NCBI GenBank assembly: GCA_001938485.1
Contig: MQRK01170126.1
Coordinates: 1 to 52,070, forward strand
Length of the DNA: 52,070 nt
Source: Girardia tigrina
Taxonomy: Eukaryota
Direction: 5' to 3'
Shown here: positions 1 through 12,699 of the stretch, piece by piece
Position numbering within the stretch: position 1 is the first letter of the stretch
Layout: every line of letters starts with the position of its first letter
Translations under genes and position numbers: made by a program
The notes under the pieces: model-generated
Databases searched by the model: none
Seen by the model: only the letters and a program-made list of their open reading frames with translations
Told to the model about the DNA's origin: nothing

Positions 1-239
1 GATATTCTGCTTCCTTGTACCTTTAAAATCAATGTGCAAATTGTGCAAATTTGTACATTATGCTAATTATAGAGAAAAGTAATCAATATATGAAAATTCT
101 AATTGCACATTGAAATAGATAATCAAAATGTGCATCAAACACATGATATCGATTTATGACACTAGCACTTTTAAAAAATTTTATGTATTGATTTTTGCAC
201 TTTTGCACATGTGCAACTGGAAAAGCACTGTGCTAGCAC

Positions 240-373
240 NNNNNNNNNNNNNNNNNNNNNNNNNNNNNNNNNNNNNNNNNNNNNNNNNNNNNNNNNNNNN
301 NNNNNNNNNNNNNNNNNNNNNNNNNNNNNNNNNNNNNNNNNNNNNNNNNNNNNNNNNNNNNNNNNNNNNNNNN
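240..373. other. Assembly gap (further gaps at 771-880, 3903-3952, 9947-10087, 32942-32956, 47858-47907)
   Basis: Runs of N. Confidence 1.
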
Positions 374-559
374 TCACATTTTTCGGATTCAGCACATCAA
401 CTTGTCCCGGCGTGCCAACTTTCAGCTCTACAACATGTATGGGAGCTGAGATATAAGCGATTTTCTAAAATTTTTGCACTTAGTTACGGTGCAGCTCATA
501 GTTACCGTGGGAATTTGCCTAGCAACCCATAGTAATAAATACTCCTTAGCAAGAGGGCT

Positions 560-1105
560 ATCCAATGGAGCAATAAAAAGGCCCTTAGCAACGGTTGCCA
601 TGGTAACGGTCACCTAGTAACCGAGATCAGGTTACTGGCCCTTAGCAATAGTCCTTTGGTTACCGTTACCCAGTGACCCGGAACCGTTACCAAGTGACCC
701 GGAACCGTTGCTCGGCGGCACTGTGGGCATTCGGCCCCACATGCACGTTTCTAAGGTGATCGCGACCGTTNNNNNNNNNNNNNNNNNNNNNNNNNNNNNN
801 NNNNNNNNNNNNNNNNNNNNNNNNNNNNNNNNNNNNNNNNNNNNNNNNNNNNNNNNNNNNNNNNNNNNNNNNNNNNNNNNCCAAGGTGATCGCGACCGTT
901 GCTAGGGACCCGGCGGCCAATCGGAAGCGTTGGCAAGGCGATCGCGACCGTTGCCATGGTAACCGCGACCGTTGCTATGGTGATCGCAACCGTTGCCATG
1001 GTAACCGCGACCGTTGCTTTGGTGATCGCGACCGTTGCCATGGTAACCGCGACCGTTGCTATGGTGATCGCGACCGTTGCCATGGCAACCACGGTAACTA
1101 GTTAC
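560..1105. repeat. GC-rich 21-bp minisatellite (42-bp dimer) containing GTTGCCATGG(T/C)AAC palindromes, interrupted by an N gap
   Basis: Units ggtgatcgcgaccgttgccat / ggtaaccgcgaccgttgctat repeat from about 937 to 1090. A 21-bp period is also seen at 664-708 (cgttacc.agtgacccggaac twice). The array ends in the palindrome gtaactagttac (1094-1105), followed by C9G9 (1108-1125). Confidence 0.9.
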
Positions 1106-1849
1106 GACCCCCCCCCGGGGGGGGGTTGTGTGTCGAATGCCCATTTTTCCCCTACTCATAAAAACTTTAATTCATAGGGAAATCATATTTTTTAAACATA
1201 ACTATTTACCTGATTTAATTACAAGTTTTTATTGTTAAGACAAGTAATTTTAAAAAATAAAGTTTTACAATGTTTTTCTTTAAAGTTTTTATTTAAATTT
1301 CAAGTCTTAAAAGATCAACCATAATTAAAAGAAAGTTATTTCCCTAAAATAAAATTGATTATTATTAATGATTATAATATATTAATGATTATGATATAAA
1401 TACATTAAATTTAGAATTTCGATTTATCCTCCAATTTGTAAAATTTGTGTTTTATTGTATTAAAGATATTTTATAAGATTTGTATTATTAAGTTTAAATT
1501 ATTATTAAATAATGCTTTATCTTAAAGTTTAAATGATAAGTAATATTTTTTTTAATAATGATATATAATATATATATAAATTTTTTTAATAAAATGAATT
1601 TTAGAAAATTAATGTTTAATGAAAAATATAATAAATTAGGTTTAAATTAAACAGATTAGTTTTACAAATAGTTTTATTAGTTTTTAAACCTTGAAATGAA
1701 AACTTTTAAACGAGTTATTAGAAAAATATTATTATAAAAAACTTTTTAAAAAAAATAATAAACATTTTATTCAAAAAAATCAAGAATTAATGTAAAAAAC
1801 AGAAAAGCATTTAATTAGATTAAAATTAAATTAATTTTTAGCAATTGTT

Positions 1850-2060
1850 TAAAATGTTTATTATTTTAATTTTTTATAAAGAAATGGTAAAAATATTATT
1901 TTTAATTAATATTTTCAGAAATTAAATATTTTAATAAAATTTAAAAAAATCGTTTGAATAATCATGATTAAAAATATAAATAAAAAAAACAATTAAAGCG
2001 ATGTCAAACGGTGAAAGATCTTCTGAGAGTCATAATGACTCTAAATTTGATAATAATAAA
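1850..2060 (+). repeat. Dispersed repeat with an AGAGTCA-taa-TGACTCT hairpin; inverted copy at about 34800-35010
   Basis: taatcatgattaaaaat...gaaagatcttctgagagtcataatgactctaaat matches the reverse complement of atttagagtcattatgactctcagaaagtctttca...ttttaatcatgatta at about 34810-34900. Confidence 0.75.
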
Positions 2061-3558
2061 AATTATAATGAAAATTGTCTCAATGTGCTTAATATGAGGC
2101 ATGGAATACTATGACAATTTTGAAAACCATTGGTTTCTTTATTTCTGGGCGAATAAAATAATATTTTTATTTTAGAATAACTGCAAATTTTGCAATTGGA
2201 CTGACTTGAAAAAAATTTAAAGAATAAAGGATTTGTTTTCAAATTAGAAATTAAATGAGCACAATTTTTCAAAAATAAAAAATATTATCAAACAAACTGA
2301 AATTTTATTTGATTGATAATTAACGAATATGAAAAAAAACAATAAAATAAATTAAAAAATTTTTTTATTAAATAACACTGGGTATCTAAAAAAATATTTT
2401 TTGAAAATTTTCCAAGGTTTTCGAGCTGAATTAGACTAATGATGCTCTTAGTCCGCAAATGACCTTGGTTTTGCTCAATCATGTCAGGTTTATTTGTTAC
2501 AGAAACTTTTAAAAAATCGATTTTTCTTAAAATAAAATATCTGCGGATCATCACCTGAGAAATCCCTGACAATTTTTTTCGTTTGCCTTAAGAAAAATAG
2601 TCCACGTATCCAAATTCATTCAGTCTTTATTTAGTCCATCAAATGTGATAAGCATAATTATACATAATATTAGTATAATAAGAAGCGTAATCGTGGCACA
2701 AAAGTTCAGAATTCACGGCATAAATCGGCGTTTCTTCGATTCGCGTGTGTGAGCAGCTGCTGGGTTGTCTCTTTTCAGCATCCAGCAGTAGTCCGTTATC
2801 ATGACTGCGTTCCATCTCCCCTGTTACCTCTCCTCTATTTGGCGTATGTCCTGATGGAATTTTTCTCCCTGCTCGTCGCTCATCATCCCAAGGTTTTCAG
2901 GAAAGTTCTCCATGTATACTCATCAAACAATCGAGTTTTTAGAAGTCCTCTATCATGCTGCTGATGATTGTGGTGTGGTTTATTGCCTTCGTGTTTTACA
3001 AAAAGTTGTTCACCACCGACACAAACAATTTCTACGCGGCTCACTCTAGCGTGTTCATGGAGTTTTGGAATTCTGTCTCCTTTATGAGCTGCCGTATCTG
3101 TGGACCATCGAAAAGCCCGGCCGTCAGCTTCTCAATGGTCAGTCGAGGAAAGCCTAGGCACAAGTAGTTGAAACACCTCCCATGCTTGTCCAGAGCGTGC
3201 GTTAACTGTTTCATTAACCAAATCTTCATGTATTGCGGTGGGATCAATATCCAATCCCGGTCAACAAAAGGTTCATTTATGATGTTTTTCACCTCAGGTA
3301 ATAACTGCTCTCGCGCTGACCACTATTTATTTACATAGTGCTGGACTCTGTCTCGACTGTACACGTACATATAAAGCATGAGTACCTCGGTAACTCGGAC
3401 TGCTGACAAAGTAGAAAGTTCACCATCTTTAAGTCGACACTGATCATCCATTTGGTGCTTCTAATATTGGATTTTGTCGAGAACGTATTTCACCGCTTCA
3501 TATTTGAGAGTTGTGGAGTTAGGCAGAGGGATTGAAACAAACTGGTTCCCGTTGTGGA

Positions 3559-3560
<2 letters not shown>

Positions 3561-3614
<54 letters not shown>

Positions 3615-4020
3615 TATTGAGTCTTGTGAACGCAAGTTTAGTATTTCGAAAATATAATTTGATTAAAGCTTTTTTAATACAACTATTGGACATGTTTCGA
3701 TGTTTATATATATCATCATCAGCAATTTTCTATTGAATTGTTTGAATAATACAATTTTTCACAATTTTAATAAATACAATTTACTCATCCATTTCAAAAG
3801 ATGAGTTTTCTGTTCTACAAAAGGGTTTTGATTCACATTACGAACGACAGTTTTGTGAATCTCTACTAATAATACACTACAACCCATCAATTAACATTCA
3901 GANNNNNNNNNNNNNNNNNNNNNNNNNNNNNNNNNNNNNNNNNNNNNNNNNNGATGTATGTAAACATCGAAACATGTCCAATAGTTGTATAAAAAAAGCT
4001 TTAATCAAATTATATTTTCG

Positions 4021-4070
<50 letters not shown>
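3561..4070 (+). mobile_element. 5'-truncated Penelope-like element with inverted pseudo-LTR, nested in Chapaev3 and flanked by (TA)n
   Basis: Inverted arms at 3643-3730 and 3953-4024. The spacer encodes SISKDEFSVLQKGFDSHYERQFCESLLIIHYNPSINIQ (about 3785-3901), a GIY-YIG endonuclease C-terminus pattern. (TA)n runs at 3561-3603 and 4024-4070. Confidence 0.8.
3685..3726 (-). ncRNA. Minimal type I hammerhead ribozyme (Penelope pLTR type)
   Basis: Minus strand reads ATTG-CTGATGA-T-GAT(atatataaac)ATC-GAAAC-AT-GTC-CAAT: core CUGAUGA/GAAA, GUC cleavage triplet, stem I AUUG/CAAU, palindromic ACAUGU stem III. Confidence 0.75.
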
Positions 4071-4073
<3 letters not shown>

Positions 4074-5618
4074 AGGTAGACCTATGGCTGTATCTCAAAA
4101 CGTTGACCTGATAGAGCAAAACCAATGAGATATTCGGACTCAGAACCCCAAAATTAGTCTAAATCGACTGAGAAAACCCTGATAATTTTTTTGGCTGTTA
4201 GCCAATGTTATTAATTAGGTAATGTTAAGGATGGTTTTCTTTATTTGTGTAAATTCCAGGTTTGATTTTAAATTTTATTTAGTTTTTATATTTTCCATAA
4301 ATATTATTAAAAATGAAAACCGATTTATTAATTATCAATCAATTGTAAAGATATAGACCACTGTCATTGAATTCCGGATGTAATTTTTTTCAAAAAATAA
4401 AGTACACATTATTCAACATTTCAGATAAATTTCGGTTGTTCCTTATTCCGTAAACTATGTAAATCTTAAAATAAGGAATCGTATTGGGCAAAAAATAAAA
4501 GTAAGATAAACATTCTTCTTAGGAATAAGAAAATACCATTTAAAAGTTTGTCTATTGGAAAACATGGGAATAGATCTTTCCGGATAATCCTTTAGATTTA
4601 ATGAACCAAAGTAAATATTTTTTTCATGCTACATAATTTTACTTTGTATTTATTATTAGTATTTTTTAATTAATTTATTTAATTGATTGATTAATTGATT
4701 AAATTGATCAAATTAACCATTTTTTTTATTTTTTTTGTATTATGATTTATATAATTGTGAAACTTTGTTATCAGTACAAATATGGATTTATCATTTTCTT
4801 AAAATAAAAATATAATATTTCAAAATATATGTTATTATATTTCCTAATGAACATCATATTTAAGTATTACACAGTGATCATATAATTAAATATATTAAAT
4901 GTACAATGTAAATAATAATATTAAATTACTATTATATTATTTTTATTAAAAATTCTGTTAAATATGAAAATAATTCAATTTTCTTAAGATAGTTCATTTA
5001 ATTTACTTATCTTCGTCTATTTAATTTATTCTACGTTATGAATGTTCATGTAAATTAATTGACTTTTACTCTGTAAGAATATACAAAAAAATGGTATCCA
5101 GTCGTCTTTAGAAAAGATATTTGACAGAATAAAACAAATTAATATCTGAATTAATTATGCTGACCTTTACCTATAATTCCTTCAACGATATTCCTAATAT
5201 AATATTTTTTGGTACATGAAAAATGTATAAATCAATTAATTAGCGTCATATTAAACAATACTTTGTCTGCAATTTTAACACTGTTGACGATATAATTACC
5301 CCAACATGTTAAATTTTAGTCAGATAAACATAAATTAATATTCAATAAACAAGTTAATATAATAATAAAAATTCAAGAATCGATATTTAAACGAAATATA
5401 TATATATATATATAAGCTTATTTTTTTGAGAAACAATTTGTTTTATAAATCTTAAACCGATATTAAAAAAATACTTATTATGTTACTATTTGATTTTATT
5501 TTAATTTTATAAATCAATTTTAAATTACGATGACATTTTAAAATATTTAATCGTTTCGTTTACTTTTATTAATTTTTAAAAACGTTGCACATTTAAAAAT
5601 TATGCATTTTAATTTGTA

Positions 5619-6438
5619 TTGGGTTAGCCAAAAAGTCATTGCGTTTTTTACTAAAATATTTATTATCAAAAAATGACATGGATGCACAAATATTTTTACA
5701 CGATATACTGTTCATTATTTTCAATCACTTTCTTCCACCTTTCCGGTAGCTTCATTATTCCTGATTCATAAAAACCTTTGCCTTTGTCAGCAAAAAAGCC
5801 GTCTAGGAACGATTTGATGTCATCATCACTGGTGAATGTTTTTCTGTTTAAGGAATTCTGCAGTGATCTAAATAAATTTGACCAAATGAATTTCTTTCAG
5901 TTCATGTGGTAACCACATATCGAGTTTACTGACAAATCCAAGTTTCTTTAAATGACTTCCAACACTTGATTTTGATATTTCCAGAGTCTCTGCAACTTCT
6001 CTTGTCGTCATATGTGGATTAGATTTGATCAGTGCTGTTATTTTGTCGCCATCAACTTGAACTGGTCGACCGGAGCGTGGTGCATCTTTCAGATGAAATT
6101 TTTCAGAACGAAATTTAGAAAAACAGTATTGACACTGTCGAAGTTTTAAGGAGTCACTACCATATACAAAACATATTTTCTTATGAGCTTGCACAGTGGT
6201 TTTCCATTTGCGAAAATAATGCAACAAAACATGACGAATATGTTCATTTTGATTTTCCATTTCGAATTGACGGTAAAGTAATAAATTAAAACAAAATCAA
6301 TTAATATTTTGTATAAATAGTCTGAAAATTAAGGTTTCAGAATATATAATTGAATTTAAATTTTATCACATCGTTTTATATTTTCAAGCTTTTTATTAGG
6401 ACGTACTCAAAAACGCAATGACTTTTTGACCAACCCAA
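5619..6438 (-). mobile_element. mariner (mellifera-subfamily-like), both TIRs present, catalytic core deleted
   Basis: TA|ttgggttagccaaaaagtcattgcgttttt ... aaaaacgcaatgactttttgaccaacccaa|TA. ORF 5868-6260 has the HTH region, RSGRP and WLPHEL; sequence then jumps directly to the LFRSLQNS 3' part. Confidence 0.95.
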
Positions 6439-6580
6439 TATATTATATTTCAGACTATTTCCAAAAGTCTTAATTCTGAACAGTTTAATTAGATCTTATT
6501 ATTTTAAAAATTTCCTTTTCGAACTTTACATATTTAAATATATCTAAATTTTAATTTTTATATGTTTAATTTAACCTTAT

Positions 6581-7015
6581 TGTGAGGAATATTTGGTGTG
6601 TTGATGTTTTTTTGTAGTGTTTTCATGTTCAAATGTTGCATGTTGATTTGGGATTGTGCCTCTCCTAATCAAATTGATGATTGTTATTTTAATTCTTTTA
6701 ATCTGAAACTCATTTATTCAAATTTTTAATATTTATTATTGTAAATTTTAAATAATTTTAATGATTTTATTTTTGTAAATTTTTAAATAATTAAAATCAA
6801 ATTAATGTTTCAAAATGATTATAAAAGTAATTTTATTTTAGCCAATAAAATATTTTAAATAAAATTATTTTCTTCAATTTAGTTCAGATTGGAATGAGAA
6901 GTATTAAACATTGAGTGATTAATTTAAGTGAGAGCAATACTATTGATTGTCATAGAGATGATCAAAATTATGAATGCAATAAATGTTCTATCAAATGTGT
7001 CAGTTCTCTTAGCAC
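6581..7015 (+). repeat. About 450-bp dispersed repeat with TGT...(AC)A ends, solo-LTR-like; inverted copy at 48143-48607
   Basis: tgtgaggaatatttggtgtg...gggattgtgcctctcctaa...caataaatgttc...gttctcttagcac matches the reverse complement of 48143-48607. Partial copies at about 18039-18200 (+), 26870-26930 (-) and 35110-35200 (-). Confidence 0.75.
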
Positions 7016-7339
7016 TTATTTCAAAAATTTTTCCTAACATTTTTTTTAATTCCTAACATTTATTATTTTCATTGCTCCGGCCAATCTATTAGTTCCCCCT
7101 GAAGATCAGACGGTGGTAACAAAGCGCTCGGAGTTATTTAAATGAGGAACTCGGTCTCGGCGCGCTGGGCCCATTGTGATAAGGTTTTGTTTATCGTAGA
7201 GATCATATTTTTTCAAGTCAAATTATATCAGAATTTATTTTCAAGAGAATAATTGGAGACAATACACAGAATTAAACTTTATTTCAGATATTCAAATCGA
7301 CAATAATAACTATTTAACTGACAAAATCTTTAACGAAAT

Positions 7340-7636
7340 TTATTCAAAAAGTTTTAAAATCGATAAAATTATTTGACAGATAATTTCAAAATCATCAAAT
7401 TGAGAAAATATTTTAAATCCTAAAATTGTGGAAATTTTATTTTCAAATAAATAGTGAGAGATATTAATTTTCTCCCGTGCCACTATTGGGCAGCCAATCA
7501 GAGCAAGTATTTCATTTAATTCGAATCTCTCTCTCCAAATACACTGGCGCACAAAATCTAAATACTCGACACACACACTGGCCGTTTCAGAAATGTCTTT
7601 GACACCCGAAACAGAGAAGCAAGTCAAATGATTCAT
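7340..7636 (-). pseudogene. Possible highly diverged LTR-retroelement RT N-terminal remnant
   Basis: ORF contains VKDISETASVCVEYLDF..RERFELNEILAL and ILGFKIFSQFD, loosely resembling KKDGSxRxCVDY..RERYPLPxI and GAKIFSKLD. Weak match. Confidence 0.3.
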
Positions 7637-8579
7637 TATGATATTAACTGAGTTTAACTCATTTTATTTAAATTTTATTTAATTTTAATTCTTTTTAATT
7701 ATTTACTCCTTTCTTTCTTATTTAATATATACAGAAAGCAGAAAAATTAAGCAAATCCGAAAACAATAAAAATATCAGCGAATATCATTCATAAAATTGT
7801 TCGTTTGAATTATTTTGCTTGTCTTTGACAAGAGACGTGATGGTAGAAGAATTATTAATAACAATAATATTTGTAAATGAAATAATTGGAATTTAAATTC
7901 CGAACAATTATTATTATAATTATCATTATTTATTATTATTATTTAATTATTTTATTATTATTATTTTTCTTATTATAATTATAATAATAATTATTATTAT
8001 AATTGTAATTGAGAACATTGGTATATAATAAAATAATAGTATTAATAATAAATGAAATGTATTAATAATAAAAACATCCTTGTTATTTACCCAGGTAAAA
8101 TGATGTAACTGTGTTAAAAAATATTAAATGTAAAAACAATTTTTTAACATTTGAATAAATTTTTCATTTTTATATTTATTAATAAATGATAAAATTATTT
8201 CATTATTTGTTAAATATTATATTTGTCAAAATACGTTATCATCATTATCTCACACAAAAGCCTCTTTTAACATTCATTAGCAAGAAAATACTATCCAAAG
8301 TACTACTCCATCAGTAATCAATATTTCAGTTGGGAAACTAATCTTTTAATTGTTATTTTAAATGATAATTAATTTTCTTTAATGTAAGCAATTAAAAAAT
8401 AATTTATTTTGAAATTAAAAATTGCAGAACTGATAAACTGTCGAGTTGATTATTTCTATATATGTTTAAAATACAACACGTGGAAAGAATGAATTAGAAT
8501 ATTTTTTTCTGAATTACATTATAAATTATCTATACTGTAATAATTATTTATATTTCTCTCTCAATCTCATCCGACACTC

Positions 8580-9600
8580 AACAGTCAGTCCCTGCGCCTC
8601 TTCGCTTTACCTCGCTACCGCTGCACTCGCCGGTGCCTTCACAAAATTCCGATTGTCGAACGCGGACCTCAAACAAATGACATCGCGAGAAATCGGTTTA
8701 ATATTAAAAAGTTTCGAGTAGAATTTTTTGCAATAGAAAATACTAAACGCCTTCTCACACAAATGATAAACATGAGAAATCAACTCGATATTCAACAATT
8801 TATTTTTAATTGAATTGAAAATCCTCTACGATGCTTTTTTGTTGTGATCAAAATTTACTGATCATTATATAATAATTTTGCTCAAATGAAAAAAAAATCA
8901 TATCAAAGATCGCGGTTAAATCGTTTATTCAAACAGCAGTAATTTATTTTTATTTCCAATATTCAATTTTCAAAATAATAATAACATGTCACAATCTTTT
9001 CAAAACAGCACAAAGAAACTTGTTTTTTAAATTTACATAAAATTTTAGAAATTTGAAAATTATTTTCTTTAAATACTTTTCTTCAATTTCAGTGACAGAA
9101 AAATTTTCAACCCAGGTTTAATACACAAAATCAATTTTTAGTCAAAAACATAAGGAGTATTCTGTAATTCCAGTCTTCTACGAAAATATTCTTAAGTCTA
9201 GAAAGGAATTTGACAATGACTATCTTAACAATAACTTTGATATCTTTTGGACATTACAACGTTGAATCCTCTATGCTTCTTTCTTGCTTGATGATCAATA
9301 TTTAAACTTCTGTTAATTATTATTTGATATATGTTCGTTAAAAAGTCATTTCTATTTACATTATACAATATCGTGTAACGGTTAACCTGTAAATAATATT
9401 TTACATTCATTCTCTACTAAACACCTACATACCAATTAGTCATATGAAAAATTAAATACATATATTGCTATGAAATATTAAATTTAATCAAAATAAAGCT
9501 ATCAATTCCCGATTCAACAACTGTAATAACTGTATTTTAACTTATATCTCAATAACCAGAAACTTTAGGAACATAAACCAAGTAAAATGTAAATAAACAA
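8580..9600 (+). mobile_element. Decayed Penelope-like element (C-rich leader plus RT remnants)
   Basis: Frameshifted fragments NPGLIHK, LISF...NVES.YA and LLFDICSLKSHFY resemble Penelope RT motifs PGxxYGxPKxHK, SFDVESLF and LLxLCxxxSHF. Confidence 0.4.
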
Positions 9601-10829
9601 TTATAAAATATCTTTAAGTTAGAAAAAATACAAAAATAATATTAATAAAAAGTTGAAAATTATTCTGAAAATAAAAGAAACTTTACGATTGATCTTTTTA
9701 TTTATTTTAAAATTCAAATATTAATGCCAAATTTTTGTCCAAAATTAATAAAATTGTTATAAAATTATAATAACCCAAAACATTTAAAATAAAGAAAACT
9801 AATAAATTAGTTTTTCGGTATTTCTACATGACAAACTGACAGCTGATTTAATTATTTTCATTCTAAATAAAATAAACATAAACCACCATAATATCATAAA
9901 TATATTTTTTATTTATTTACTTTTGAATGTTCTCTTGTATTTACCANNNNNNNNNNNNNNNNNNNNNNNNNNNNNNNNNNNNNNNNNNNNNNNNNNNNNN
10001 NNNNNNNNNNNNNNNNNNNNNNNNNNNNNNNNNNNNNNNNNNNNNNNNNNNNNNNNNNNNNNNNNNNNNNNNNNNNNNNNNNNNNNNTATAGAAAAAAAG
10101 GACTGTAAAAACAACAAATATTTAATATTACACAAATAATCTACTATTAGGAAATAATTAATAGAAAGTTAAAATAAAATAATGTATTCTGTCAAGTAAA
10201 CACTGTTTTAAATTGCTATTTTGAGTGTATTGTTCTTGGACAATATTTTCGAAGAAAAGATTGTCAAAGATTTTCTTGATTATAAGGGTATGAAGCAATC
10301 TTGGAACAAAATTTGAACCATCCCAAAGCTGTGAATCACACTGTTAGTTTGAACAATATTAAAATTTAAAATTCAAAATCAATAAATTGAACTAAAGTCA
10401 ATAAAATAGTTCATAATAAAGTTAACATAATGTTGTCCATTGAATAACATTAAAGCATAAAACATAATAAAGTTACCAACACCATTATATATTAGGTGAC
10501 AATTTAAGGATAGATTTTCTAAAATGACTTTTCATATTAATTTTAAGTAACTACTTCCAAATGTTTAGGAATTCTTTTCATCAAATCCAAAGTTTTTGAA
10601 ACGAAATTCTACAGATATGTTATTAGTCTGTAAAAGGTCTTCTTTTTTCAACTTTTTCTTCTTTAACGTTTTTCCGGCATGATAATATATTGCATATTAT
10701 ATAATTATTAGAAAAAAACTAATAAAAAAATAAAAAAACAATAAAATTTAGAATCTAAATATTAAAATTATTTTGTATGTTATTATTTTTTATTGTTTTT
10801 TTTTCTAATTATTATTTAATATATGATAT

Positions 10830-12245
10830 ACATGCGGTCCATTTGAAAACTTTTGCGGCCCAATCGAAGTTTTATTCTGTCTATCTTTTTGTAACTGTAA
10901 AAAATTTCAAGTTATTTTTGTTAAGAGAACTCTCATTTTGTACAATTTATTATTATTACAGTTTGGATTATTTTCTGAATAATCCGTAGTAATACTTTCA
11001 TATATCCATATCGTTCTTGATTGAAAATAAATTAAGTGTCCTTTTATCTCTTCTTATTCGAATAAACCTTTTCATTAAAATATATAATAGATTTTTCATT
11101 TTAATAGTAATAATAATTTAAATATGAAATAAAATTCAAAGAATACAACGTACAGAATGTTTCGAAATATTCCTCAAAATTAATAATCAAATAACAATTT
11201 TGATTTTGTTTAAATAAATTAAAAAAAAACTGTTTGCGAAAAATTTGAGTATTCGTTTAATAATTCAAAAACGACAATTAATTGGAAGTTGTCACTGTAA
11301 TTAAAAACAGTTCATTGAAGCATTGTAAATTTTAACAATATCTTAGTGAACTCGAATCTGAATATGGTGAACTTTTTATCATACTCAAATTCGGTGGTTA
11401 AGTCGTAGAAGCTGCTTATTGCGTTTTTGGAAATTAAGAGTAGAAATTAAAACTTTCATGAACAATAATGGGTATAACATAAATGAACTTTCGGATGATC
11501 AATGGCTTCTAGATTTATGTTTTCTAACTGATATAACAATTAAACTAAATGCACTACATCAAAAATTACAGGTGATTTTAAATTTTTTGTAACAAATCTT
11601 CAGCTTTATGAAAATCAATTACGATCAAACAATTCGATTCATTTACTATTATTGAAAGACTATAAGAGTGACCATAAAAACACGTTCAAATATTCTACTG
11701 AAATAGCGAAATTACTTGAAGAATTCAATACAATACAATTCAATTCTCATGCATGCAAAAGTATTAGGAAATGTTCAAAATATTCGTAGCTCCACTTAAT
11801 GTAGAGGTGGAATCAGCGCCTCCAAATTTGCAAATGGAGATAATAGAATTACAATTAAGCATCGAGTTAAAATTGATGTTCGAAAAGCATAAGATTGAGT
11901 TTGATCAGAAATATATCCTCGAAGATTTAAAATGATTGGTAATGTGCATTACATCTGCATTTGGAACTACTCATTTCTGCAAATCATTTTTTGCAAATTA
12001 AACGTGGTAAAGACAAAGTATCACAGCAGGTTGCTCGATGACAACTTGACCAATCAACTACGATGTGTGTCGACTAAATTATCCGTTGACATTAAAAAAA
12101 TCTCAAGTGATATACAAAAACAAGTGTCATATTAATTGTACTATAATAATATATTTTGTATAATTTCTTCTTTTATTTTTTTTATGTACCTCAGCTCAGT
12201 AATTTTGTTTTTGGCCTGCCAAACGATTTTTGTTTAGCACCCCTG
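10830..12245 (+). mobile_element. hAT (Charlie/Buster/SPIN-like) transposon remnant with intact right end
   Basis: YHTQIRWLSRRSCLLRFWKLRVEIKTFM...DQWLLDLCFLTDITIKLNALHQKLQ (about 11378-11571), and dimerisation-domain remnant SAFGTT..KLNVVKTKYHSRLLDDNL (about 11950-12050). Right end ...gcacccctg followed by atttagat (central TA). GCGGCCC subterminal motif at about 10855; left TIR not found. Confidence 0.85.
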
Positions 12246-12699
12246 ATTTAGATCCTCATAAATATTGTCAAAAAACGTTTGAATAATAAGTAAGTAAACG
12301 ATAATAATTTAATTATTTAAAAATATCAATTTAACTTTATTTATTTAATAACTATATTTTATATATTTTTATTCCTTAAAGAAAAGATTTCAACAAAATA
12401 TTTTATAATATGCATGAATGTTTATCTCGTAATTTTTATAAATCTTGTTTATTTAAATGTCACGAAATTATATAAATATAATTAAAGAATTAAGTACATT
12501 GGGTCTTACAGTGAAGCATTTAGATTATATTTTTTCCTATCAAATATCTGAAAATAACGGTGTTTATTGACACTTTTATATTTATATAATAATTATTATG
12601 ATCTTAATTTCTATTATTATCAAAATCTTATATTAATTTAATCTAAACAAAATTAACCGCATAATATTTTGTTTTTGATGTACATTTTTTAAAAATTAC

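Larger units (their letters stand above)
2376..4207 (-). mobile_element. Chapaev3-type (CMC superfamily) DNA transposon, decayed and internally deleted
   Basis: Termini taa|CACTGG...CCAATG|tta, with about 110-bp imperfect subterminal inverted repeats (2410-2490 vs 4097-4190). Minus-strand transposase remnants: ILIPPQYMKIWLMKQLTHALDKHGRCFNYL...GLFDGPQIRQL (3041-3292) and SDEQGEKFHQDIRQIEER*QGRWNAVMITDYCWMLKRD (about 2765-2880). These match the PPLHIKLGLMK and SDEQGERFHQD motifs I associate with Chapaev3. Confidence 0.85.

Noticed and set aside
937-1090. CRISPR-like array (also considered for 22807-22908)
   Set aside because: Head-to-tail repeats without unique spacers, no cas genes, eukaryotic context.
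687-1177. ORFs with ATVAMVT / GNRDRCH repeats
   Set aside because: Translation artefacts of the 21-bp minisatellite and N gaps; open in several frames on both strands.
3490-4125. ORFs with YIYIYI runs (also 22138-22389)
   Set aside because: Translation of (TA)n microsatellites.
7075-7150. Crossing helices gctccg/cggagt and agttcc/ggaact suggesting another HDV-like fold
   Set aside because: No P3/L3 or catalytic J4/2 in the required positions.
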